Assembly: GCA_043228905.1 (NCBI GenBank)
Contig: JBHGNT010000022.1
Location: 2,666,001 to 2,730,000, forward strand
Direction of reading: 5' to 3'
DNA: 64,000 bases
DNA from: Azolla caroliniana
Taxonomy: Eukaryota; Plantae; Polypodiophyta
Shown here in pieces: positions 48,508 through 59,834 of this stretch (its first letter is position 1; every line of letters starts with the position of its first letter). The notes under the pieces were generated by a model. It searched no databases. It saw only the letters and a program-made list of their open reading frames with translations, and had not been told where the DNA came from. Made by a program: the position numbers and the translations under genes.

Positions 48508-51500
48508 GTGCTACCAAACGACCCGAATATACTATCAATCGAAAATCCAGTCGGATCAGAAGTTCGGCTCACGACTGAAGAATCGAGCACATGGCTCTTA
48601 GATTCGGGCGCGTCATTTCACGTGACTCCTCATCGATCCCAATTTCGGCAATATACGATCCGTCACTCCGACTCAGTTCGAGTCGGCAACTCGCAACACT
48701 GTGACATCATTGGAATCGGCACAGTAGAGCTCAACCTTGCAGGTGGCTCTACACTTGTACTTCACAATGTCCGACATGTACCCGAGCTCTCAAGGCCATT
48801 GATCTCAGTCGGACAACTAGATGAAGACGGCATTCGTGCCGGTTTTTCTTCGGGAGGGTGGACACTCCACAGGGGGAACCTCCTGCTTGCTAGAGGGCCC
48901 AAGATACACTCACTGTATCCGTTACATGTTACGCTCAGAGAGGGTAACCTGTTTTTGGTGGATATTCCTGTGTCATCACTATGGCACAGAAGATTAGGAC
49001 ACCTCAGCAAGGCCGGCATTACGCACCTATCTAGAGCCGGATACATCCCTAAACTCTCCTTCTCGGACCATCAATTCTGCGAACATTGCCAGTATGGCAA
49101 ACAAGCAACCGCATCACACCCGACATCAGCACCAAGAGAAACGAGACCTCTCGATTTAGTCCACTCGGACGTCTGTGGCCCAATGCCGCATTAGTCTCTC
49201 GGCGGTGCCTCTTACTTCGTCAGTTTTATTGACGATTCGACTCGAAAGGTGTGGGCTTATCCAATTCGCACCAAAGATCGTGTCTTCTCGATCTTCTCCG
49301 ATTGGCTCGCTATGGTAGAAAATCAAACTGACCGAAAACTGAAATGCTTTCGGACCGACAATGGGGGAGAGTTCAAATCAGAAGAATTCGTCAAATTCTG
49401 CCGACAACGCGGCATCCGACGTGAATTTACGGCACCACACAGTCCGGAGCAAAACGGGATTGCAGAACGCATGAATCGGACAATCCAAGAACGGATAGTT
49501 TCCATGCTCCAACACTCCGGACTGTCGGATGGCTTCTGGGCAGAGGCTCTACTCACGGCAGTACACATAATCAATATGTCGCCAAGCAGACCTCTAGGAC
49601 TTCAAATTCCTCAGGAACTATGGATCGGCAGTAAGCCGAATTACGACAAGCTGAGGATCTTCGGATGCGAGGCATACGCCCTTATTCCGAAAGATGATCG
49701 CCGAAAACTTGCACCTCGGTCCAAGAAATGCATCTTCCTTGGATATGGATCAGACGGCGAAATGGGATACCGACTCTGGGACCCCGAACGCAGACAAATC
49801 GTTCGAAGTTCGGACGTTGTGTTCAACGAGTCGGCTATGAATCCATCAGTCGAAACACCGATCGAAGTCCGAAGGGTAACATTTTCCGATGTGCCGACCC
49901 TTCAAGAAGGCCCCGCTCTTAACACACGGTCAGCTTCACGGGTAGCTGAACCTTACACTACCGACTCGGACAACTCTGACTCGGCACAACAGAATAATTC
50001 GATTTCGGACCATCCGACCTCGATACCCGATGCGACCAGTCCAATCATACCTCGACGATCCGAGAGACTGTCGCAACCTCCGGAGAGGTATTCTCCTGGA
50101 ATTTTCTTCACCGACGCCGGCGAACCGACGTCTTACGAAGAAGCATCGACATCTATCGATTCAGCCACCTGGCATCTGGCGATGGAGTCGGAAATGCACT
50201 CCATTCGGGCAAACAAGACTTGGGATCTGGTCGAATTACCTAAGAATCGACGTGCTCTTCCTTGCAAGTGGGTTTATCGACTAAAAGAGACGTCTGATTC
50301 GACCACCCCAAAGTACAAGGCCAGATTAGTTGCGAAGGGCTTCCGACAAGAATATGGCGTTGACTTCGACGAGATTTTTTCACCAGTGGTGAAAATGACA
50401 ACCCTTCGTTTTCTACTCGGCGTAGTGGAAGCCGACAACTTGGAGCTGATTCAGCTAGATGTCAAAACAGCCTTCCTCCATGGTGATCTTGAAGAGGAAA
50501 TTTATATGGAGCAGCCAAAAGGCTTCGTAGCAATTGGCCAAGGACATCTAGTCTGCCGACTCAGGAAGAGTCTATACGGCCTCAAACAGGCACCGCGACA
50601 ATGGTACAAGAAGTTCGACGATTTCATCCAATCGATCGGCTTCTCAAAAAGCGATGAGGACCATTGTCTTTTTACCAACACAACTCAAGATGGATCACCC
50701 ATCTTCCTCATCATTTACGTGGACGACATGCTAATTTCTGGACGCCACGCGGGCGAACTTGCCGATCTCATTCGGCAATTGCGGTTGAAGTTTGCCATGA
50801 AGGACCTCGGTCCGGCACGACACATACTTGGCATGAAGATTAGTCGGCATCGCGATAAACGACATCTTTTTTTGTCTCAGACCGACTATATCGGACGTGT
50901 CTTGGAACGCTTCAACATGCAATCAGCCAAATCTGCTTCAACCCCGCTCCCCATGAATCTTCGGCTCTCTCAGCGAGACTGCCCGACATCCGGTCCGGAG
51001 GGGGAAGATATGAAGTCGGTACCGTATGCACCGGCAGTCGGCTCCCTTATGTACCTAATGGTCGCGACACGGCCTGATATTTCTCATGCCGTAGGAGTCG
51101 TTAGCAGATTTATGCACAATCCTGGCCGATCGCATTGGAACGCAGTCAAGCATGTGTTCAAATATCTGGCTGGCACAAAAGACCACGGCATTCTTTTCGG
51201 CCCGAACTCAACCTCAGGCGTAGTCGGTTACACCGACTCGGACTTCGCCGGCTGCATAGACAGTCGGAAATCAACAACTGGATACTGCTTCAAATTCGGC
51301 AATGGAGCAATTTCGTGGAAGTCGAAACTTCAGGAGTGCACAGCGACCTCAACGACCGAAGCAGAATATGTAGCTGCGTCCGATGCTGCAAAAGAAGCTT
51401 TGTGGCTCGGCCGGCTGGCGCACACGTTCCGACAAGTCGACCATGACTCGGCCCCAGTTGTCTATAGCGACAGTCAAGGTGTTGTTGCCTTGTCGAGAAA

Positions 51501-51699
51501 TCCGGTTCACCACAACGCCTCCAAACATATCGACGTTCGATATCACTTCGTTCGGGACTGCGTCATTTCAGGGAAAATCGGTCTAGAGAAAATATCCACA
51601 ACCGACAATGTCGCAGATGGAATGACCAAGTGTCTTTCGGCAGACCGCTTTCGGTCCCTTCGGCATCAGATGGGCGTAATGACAAACCAGTCCGGTTAG
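48508..51699 (+). pseudogene. Copia pol (PR-INT-RT-RH), nearly intact, one in-frame TAG at 49192-49194
   Basis: WLLDSGAS, WHRRLGH, RTDNGGEF, QLDVKTAFLHG, YVDDML, KHIDVRYHF. Confidence 0.93.
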
Positions 51700-52076
51700 A
51701 GCCGGACACATCGCAGGATGGTTTCAGACAACCGACATCAGTTCCTTAATGATCGGCTTCAACTCTTCCGACCCGACCAGTTCGGCCTTCTGCCTTCGGA
51801 CCCTGCCAACTCGAACAAAACTGATATGTCCGAGAACCTAGGTTTATACCTGTAATCTTAGATAACCCATGTATACGCCCATTATGGGGGAGTGTCGAAT
51901 ACAAGTGTATAATGGACGTACTCACACTATCCCTTTGTATAGCTCAAGTTTGGGCCATTTGTGTAATTAGCATAAATGGTAGTTGCCCTAAGTCGTCACT
52001 ATATAAAGTGACCTAGTAACCTTTTTGTAAGGTTGGTTGTATTATTCTTTTCTATTGAATAGAAAGTCATTTTGTG

Positions 52077-52115
<39 letters not shown>

Positions 52116-53184
52116 ACGATCTTGCAAACTGTCATACGCAGGTACTCAACACGAATCGAATGCTATTTGATCTTCCGCAATGACGGCCTTTGTCCCCAAC
52201 AGGGTCTTGATCGGACTTTCTTCGAACATGCGCGTAAGACGATCTTCATCCTCTATCTCTTGTTCGGCGGATTCCGGGTCGAGCGGAGTCGGAGTCGGAG
52301 TCGGAGTTGTCTCTGCTGCATACCAAGATGTGAACTCATAAAAAATGATGTCTCGACTTACTTAATATTTTCAAGTTGAGGGGTTGTAGCACTTGTACCC
52401 CTTTTGCTCCAGTGAGTATCCTACGAGGATACATTTCTCCGACTTCGGGTCAAGCTTTTGACGCTTCTCATCGGGGATGTGCACGTACGCTATCGCACCG
52501 AATATCCGGGTGTGCGATAAGTCTAACTTCTTTCCGAAGTATTTTTCGTGTGGAGTGACCTCGTGCACTCCGGATGTTGTGCACCGGTTCATTAGGTAGA
52601 CGACCGTATTTGCAGCTTCGGCCCAATATGACTTGGGCATATGCTTCTCGTTCATCATGGCCCGCGTTACTTCGAGGATGTGCCGATTCTTGCGTTCGGC
52701 CACTCCGTTTTGTTGTGGCGTATGTCGACAAGAAAACGCTTACCATATTCCTTCTTTCCGTAGAAACACCGAAAATTCGTCGAAGAAGTACTCCTTGCCT
52801 CCATCCGACCGAAGACATCGTACCTGTCGGCCCGTGGCTTTCTCGGCTTCATTCTTGAATTTTTGGAAGGGTCCGAACACTTCGTTCTTTTGCCGCATCG
52901 GGTATATCCAAGTGTGTCTAGAGAAGTCGTCGATGAAGGTCACGTAGTATCGGCTTCCGCCAAATGTCGCCGTCTAAGCCGAACCCCATACATTGGAATG
53001 AATTACGTCGAGTACGCCTTTGCTCACATTCCGCTCCTTCGGAAATGTGTGCTGATGTTGCTTGCCGAGTTGGCAAGCGTCACACACGCCTTCAATCTCT
53101 TTCTTCGTGAGTGTCGGGAGCCCGATGACGACTCCTTTTGATTCCATTGCCTTGAGCTTTTGGAGATTTATATGGCCAATCTAG

Positions 53185-56100
53185 ACATAGATTGGAGAAC
53201 AAGAGAAGTCAGATATCGACAACCCCAAGAATCTACTCATCGAGTTTCGACCATTTCACTACATCAACTACGCGAAGGACACAAGGAGGCAATGTTCCTA
53301 TTTGCAATATTAGTACATCCTTCCAGCAATATAGGAGGAATCCTTAGTGCAACTTCCAGCGAAATATCATCCTTATGCAGATGTATTTGACAAGGTAAAA
53401 GCCGGTACTCTTCCTCATCATCGTCCCTACGATTGTCCCATTGATTTACAACCAAGAGCAGAGACACCATGGGGACCAATTTACAACTTTTCACTAACCG
53501 AGTTAGAAGTCCTTCGAGCCTACATAGAGGAGAACTTGGCAAGCGGGTTTATCCGTCATTCGAAATCTCCGGTTGGTGCACCCATCTTCGTTGTCAAGAA
53601 GAAAGATGGCTCACTTCGTCTCGTCGTTAATTACTGCGGCTTGAATAAGGTCACCATTTGGAATAGGTATGCACTTCCTCTTATATCAACTCTTTTAGAG
53701 CGAGTTAATGGTGCCATGTTTTTTACAAAAATTGATCTACGAGGAGCGTATAACCTCGTGCGGATCCGATCGGGAGATGAATGGAAAACCGCCTTTCGCA
53801 CACGGTATGGGCATTTCGAGTATACCGTTATGCCATTCGGTCTAACCAATGCACCCGTAGTCTTCCAACACATGGCAAATGATATATTCAAAGACCTCTT
53901 GGATATATGTTTGATCATCTATCTGGATGATCTATTGATTTATTCGAAGATCCAAGAAGAGCACGATTCTCATGTACTATTAGTACTAAAACGACTCCGC
54001 AAGAATGGTCTTTATGGCAAGCTAGAAAAATGTAGCTTTGACTACAAGCAAGTGGAATTTCTAGGCTACGTCATCTCCTCAAGGGGCATCTCCATGGATC
54101 CAGCTAAAGTCAAAACTGTGTTAGAGTGGCAAACTCCCCGTTTGTTACGAGATGTACAATGTTTCCTAGGTTTTGCTAACTTCTAACGCAAGTTTATACA
54201 AGATTACTTGAAGATTATTTTACCTCTCACATAGCTTACGAAGAAGGGACAGGCATTCCTTTGGTCCAATGAAGCGGACATGGCTTTTCGGCATCTTAAG
54301 GAAACCTTTACATCAGCTCCTATTCTAGCTCATGTGGATACAAACAAACCATTCATCATGGAGGCCGACGCATCCGATTTCGCCCTTGGTAGCATCCTTT
54401 CTCAACAAGGAGATAAAGAAGAGTTACATCTTGTGGCTTTCTATTCGCGCAAATTCAATGCCGTGGAAATCAACTACGAAATACATAACAAGGAGTTATT
54501 AGCCATCGTAGATTCATTTGTGCAATGGCGGCATTTCTTTGAGGGCTCTCCACATCAGGTCATCGTCTTCACCGATCACATAAATCTTGCTTATTTCCAA
54601 AACACTCATGAGCTAAATCGATGGCAAGCTCAGTGGGCTCAATTCCTCATATGTTTTGACTTCAAAATCACATATGAACCGGGGAAGTAGCAAGGAAAAG
54701 TGGATGCACTATCACGGCGTTCATATCTTGCACCTCGTCCTGGCAATTCAGCGTTTGATAATCAAAAGCAAGTAATCTTGGGACCAACACGATTGCACAC
54801 AACGCGGATTTTTCATACCCTAATGGATTCCCGGATTACTGATGTCATACGTGTGAACTTGAAGATGGTCTGTTTTGCTCAAGACATTCTGGCGCACATT
54901 GATACCTCTCGGGCATCCTGCTCCCAGTCTCAACAACCAGGTATGGACTACCGACAATTCGAATATCATGATGGTTTGTTATTCTTTAAAAATCTTGTAT
55001 ATGTCCCCGATTGCTCCTGTCGCCTTCAAATCGTCCAAAGTTGTCATGACACCCATACGGTGGGACCTTTCGGTAGTATTATGACATTGGATCTAGTTCA
55101 ACGATATTTTTGTTGGCCCCATATGAGACGTTTTGTCGACAACTACGTTTGGACCTGTGATGCTTGCTGTTGAGCAAAGATGCCACGACACCATCCATAT
55201 GGCTTGTTGGAACCCTTACCGATTCCAAGTAAGTCATGGCAGTCTATTTGTCTTGATTTTATCATAGATCTGCTGGTCTCGAAGGGGTTCGATACTAACT
55301 TAACCATCATTGATCGATATACTAAGATGGCACATTTTGTGTCGTGTACTAAGGCCATCACTAGCGAGGAAACTGCCACCCTTGTCAAGCGTGAGGTATT
55401 TCGGCATCATGGCTTCCCAAACAGTATCATCAGTGACCGAGGCAATCAATTCGTTTCCAAAATTTGGTAGCATCTCTTCAAGATGCTTATGGTCTCTTGC
55501 AACCTCTCCTCCGGCTACCATCCCCAGACCGATGGGCAGGCGGAACGAACAAACCAAACGCTGGAACAATATCTCTGGTGTTTTCTGAGTTATCAACAGG
55601 ACGATTGGGCCGAGATTCTCCACTTTGCGGAGTTTGCGTATAATAATGTTGTTCACTCCTTGACTCGAGTCTCCCCATTTTACGCTTATACCGGTTCTCA
55701 TCCTCCCTGGTCGGTGATCGACACCCCGGAGCTACCTACCAACCCTCGTGCCGATGATCATTTGGAGAGGCTACGCAAGATCCAATTGGATCTCTCTACT
55801 CATCTTCATCATGCTCAACACACATAGAAGACTTAGGTGGATCGCCATCGGCTTCCCTCCTCTTTTGCCATCGGAGATCGAGTATGGCTCTTACGTCGTC
55901 ACATCAAGAGTACTCGACCGTGCAACAAGTTGGATTATTGACGACTCGGTCCTTTCCGTATTACTGGTAAGGTTAATGATGTCACGTTCCGCCTTGATCT
56001 CCCTCTGCATCTTCAAATACATCCGGTTTTCCATAGTTCTCTTATTAAACCTTATAAAGCAAACATTATTCCCGATCGTGTTACACCACCACTGGCCCCG

Positions 56101-56584
56101 CTTGAGTTGGATGCCGGCCCGAAGTATGAAGTTGTTGTCGTCCTCGACACCAAACTTATTGTTCGCAACAAACTTTATTATTTGGTTGATTGGCTCAGCT
56201 ATAGTCCGAGCAAACGTACTTGGGAACTCGTCGAGCATGTCGCCAATGCTCAGGATCTTCTTGCTGATTTCCACCAATAGTATCCGGACATGATAGTGTC
56301 ATGATATGGCAAGACTCGAACCCATGACCTTATGTTATAGGGGTCGAGCTCTTGACCATTATACCATCTATTGTAATACGTAGGATATTATTTTCATTTA
56401 AGTTTTATTATAGGAAATTAATGTTTATTCCAGATTTCTCTAGAACATTCTAGAAGCTTTAGGATTACTCCTAAGAACACTATAAAAGAAGGCACTAGGC
56501 ATTATTTTGAACCAAATTGGTTCAACGCCAATGTTAAGCCTCATAGCCCTCTAATTCTCTCTCTGTTTTAGTACTATTCCTGAG

Positions 56585-56585
<1 letters not shown>
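53185..56585 (+). mobile_element. Tcn1-like chromovirus, 5'-truncated: RT-RH-INT-chromodomain, 3' LTR 56297-~56585
   Basis: YLDD, SDRGNQF, YHPQTDGQAER and GPF motifs. Chromodomain YEV…YYLVDW…TWE at ~56120-56290. LTR homologous to 37027-37473. Confidence 0.9.
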
Positions 56586-56615
<30 letters not shown>

Positions 56616-58053
56616 CATACCACATACAAACATATACGATGTATGGAACATACATACACACACACAAACATAAAACACAACAGACATGCATACCACATAC
56701 AAACATACATACACACAAATCACACATGAATACCACATTTACAATGCACACATGCACACATATATATGATGTATGGTTATATGAAAAGTGATAGGTGGGT
56801 CATTCTATTTGTAGATAATGGATGAAGAGTCTATTATTGAAGTGTTTGAACATGAGAGGGATGATGAAGATAAACCTTTGGGCATTTTAAGTGTGAGAGG
56901 AACTCTTAAATATGCAAAGATCCGAGTCGAAATAATTGAGGATGGTATATTTTATGAACCATTTTCCTTTGTGTACACAAAAAATAATATTTGGAATGGG
57001 AAACAAGAAGAGAAAAAATAATGTTACGGCTTCATATGAGTCTATCCATGAAAGTAAACATGAGGTTAATTTGTTAGTAATTTCATTATTGATATGCATT
57101 TTGGATTGTTCCACGTCAGCTCTTTGAGATATATATCTCAAGTTCAAGATTGTTTTATTGTAAATTACATTTTTTTTTATCACACTATATTCTTCATATG
57201 TCTCAATAAACTAAAAAAAAAACTTATATGTGGCTTATATATGTTATACCTCTAGTGTTTTGGGTAATGTTTCCTAATTGTGTGTGCATTACTTTGTACT
57301 TTACACATTGTGTTTTCAATTTATGTGGCACTTGATGAAGCATTTCTAGGAATTGCATATGATGTTTAATGTTCATTCATAATTTTGCGAGTCATCAATT
57401 GTAAATGCGGTCATTGATCCTTTCTAGGATTGGAAACTATGTGTGCATGTATAATTTATATGTAAGGGTATTTAAAATGGGTGGTTATCAAAAAATATAT
57501 TGGTAGTAAGGGGTATTTTTATTAATCTTTTTTCTACAAAAGGGTCACTAAAATAGTAAAAACGATACATATAAGGGGTTTATAAATGATGTCATGAACG
57601 CACGTGATACAATCGTCTTATATATAGTGGGGCCCCCGGGTCTCATTCTAAACCCTCACTTAATAAAAATTAGTTTTGTTATTAATCTGTCTCTCTCTCT
57701 CACAGTCTCAACCCTTTGGGTATGTTTTAATATTTTTTAGTGTTTTATTCTTATGTAGAGTTTATTATTAGTGTTCGATTCCTCATCTCCGTCTCCCCTC
57801 CCCCTATCTCTTCTAATCCTCACTTTCACGAAGTTATGTCTACGATTCGGGTGCGCTCAAATCATCCTTGGTGGTTTCGTCTCCCTCTCCCCTCTATAGC
57901 CACTCCTTTCCCCTCTCAGCCTATCTACAACCTATCGATGTCTTCTCCGTTCCGCACTCCTTGTACCGGCTGGAAGGTCAACAAAAATACATGAAGAGAA
58001 GTGTCGATAGTCGAAAACTAGGAGGAGCCAACTGTTCAAGCCGAGCACCGATA

Positions 58054-59748
58054 TGTCGAATACGAGTGTATAATAGCTGTATTCACACTATCCCTTTGGA
58101 CAACCCAAGTTTGGGCTATTTCTGTAAATAGGATAAAGGGCAGTTGCCCTAGGACATTCACAGTTATATAAACTAACTTTGTAACCTTTAGAAAAGGTTG
58201 GATGTCACTCTTTGTAATTGTTGCTATTGGAATATATCATTTTCTTTGCAATTTCCCGAATTTATGAGAAGGTTATATGTTGTGTGCGCATGAAAGATAA
58301 ACTTTCAGATTTTTTCAAAAGCACTATTGGTGTTAAGCAAGGATGCCCACTCTCACCAACACTATTTGGTCTATGCATTGATGAATTGGAAGAAATGGTT
58401 ACCAAGTTTGCAAAGGAAGAATGTGTTGAAGAAGTTGCCATTGGGAATGTTGTGATTATGCTTTTGCTATATGCAGATGACGTAGTGGTTTTTGCAAATA
58501 CTTTAGGAGATGCACAAAAGCTTATGAAGGCATTGGAAAAATTTTGCATGCATACTAAATTAAGTGTCAATAGCTCTAAAACAAAGATTATGCTTGTGAA
58601 GAGCCAAAAAAGAGATAAACCATGCATTATGTACAACAATGAGCCACTTGAATGTGTGGAAAGCTTCAAATATCTTGGCCTTGAAGTTCCTTCAAATCAT
58701 AGATGGAATGAATGTGCTACACGCCGCTTAGAGGCGGGCAAACGAGCATACTATGCATTTGAGAACACATGCAATCTTGGAGATATTAAGTGTTGGGTCC
58801 TCAAGAAATATCTTTTTGACACTTTGGTGACACCAGTTCTTCTCTATGGGGTGGAAGTATGGGGTGGTAGCATCCCTAAGTCTATGTGGAAAGAGTTTGA
58901 AAATGTCCAAAAGCATTTTCTTACCAAGTTTCTACAAGTTAAGAAACAAACGCCCTACACCCTCCTCCTCCTTGAGACGGGATCGCTTCCCATTGAGATC
59001 ATGGCCATGGAAAGGGTTGTTGAATACATGCTTAAGGTTCAAAAAAGTCCCTCACATCGACTTCCTAGAATTGCGTGGGAAGCAAGCAAAAAGATCCAAA
59101 AGACGCATAAAAGCAAAATTTTATGTTCCGGTTGGATGCAAGATATAGAAAAATGGTTTGGTAGATGGGATGCGAGACACTTGCTTCATGATGCATCATT
59201 AGATTCCTCTGTAAATGAGGCATTTTTGCAACGCCAATGTATCATGACATGGGACAAATGTGGAGGCTCACGCTTCACACATTATACTACACATGTTGCA
59301 CCTAACTACAAAACCATATTCTTTGCGGAACGGGGAAATCGTACACATCCATACATGTTAGAGCCCATACCGTTATCTGCCATTCGAACCATTGCTTCCA
59401 TGCGACTTAGCTCACATGCATTGCGATGTGAAACAGGGCGTTGGGGTACAAGTGATGAGAGTGGTCGGCTATGCACACTTTGCCCTAAACAAGTTCGCGA
59501 GTCTGAGTATCACACTTTGATACAATGCTCTGCCTTTGATCATATTCGACCATGCTTTCCACATCTCTTCGATCGAGCCCAATCTTTGCATGAATTCCTC
59601 TCACAACCACAATGTGCACTCTCGATTGCAACATTCATTGGTAAAGTTCTTGAACATCGAGAGTCACTACTCACTTTCACACGTATCACGTGAAATGTAA
59701 TATTTTTGGTCTCATAGGTCATATTTGATCTCCGAAGACGATAATATA

Positions 59749-59834
<86 letters not shown>

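Larger units (their letters stand above)
43357..52201 (+). mobile_element. Ty1/copia (Tnt1/Tork-like), LTRs 43357-43613 and 51893-52201, tRNA-iMet PBS 43616-43627
   Basis: TGTCGAATAC…AACA LTRs, TGGTATCAGAGC and PPT atgggggag. gag is interrupted by the 44695-48168 insertion. Confidence 0.92.
41595..53160 (-). mobile_element. Degenerate Ty1/copia (3' LTR 41595-42059; RH/RT 42073-43356; INT 52202-53160), split by a nested copia
   Basis: QMDVKNAFLQG, KHIEVHYHF, LRSDGGKEY, AERKNRHILE and a PPT. The 5' end is lost at ~53160. Confidence 0.9.

Noticed and set aside
16001-56370. Calling the tRNA-like cassettes functional tRNA genes
   Set aside because: Acceptor stems and anticodon loops are degenerate. 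Only the A/B boxes and parts of the D and T arms are kept.
32834-56585. The two Tcn1 pieces as halves of one inverted element
   Set aside because: Both contain RT and RH and differ in sequence, and their LTR flanks do not match. They are separate copies.
57580-57650. Possible Helitron terminus (cgtcttatatatagtggggccccc)
   Set aside because: No convincing hairpin-CTRR end or matching other end could be identified.
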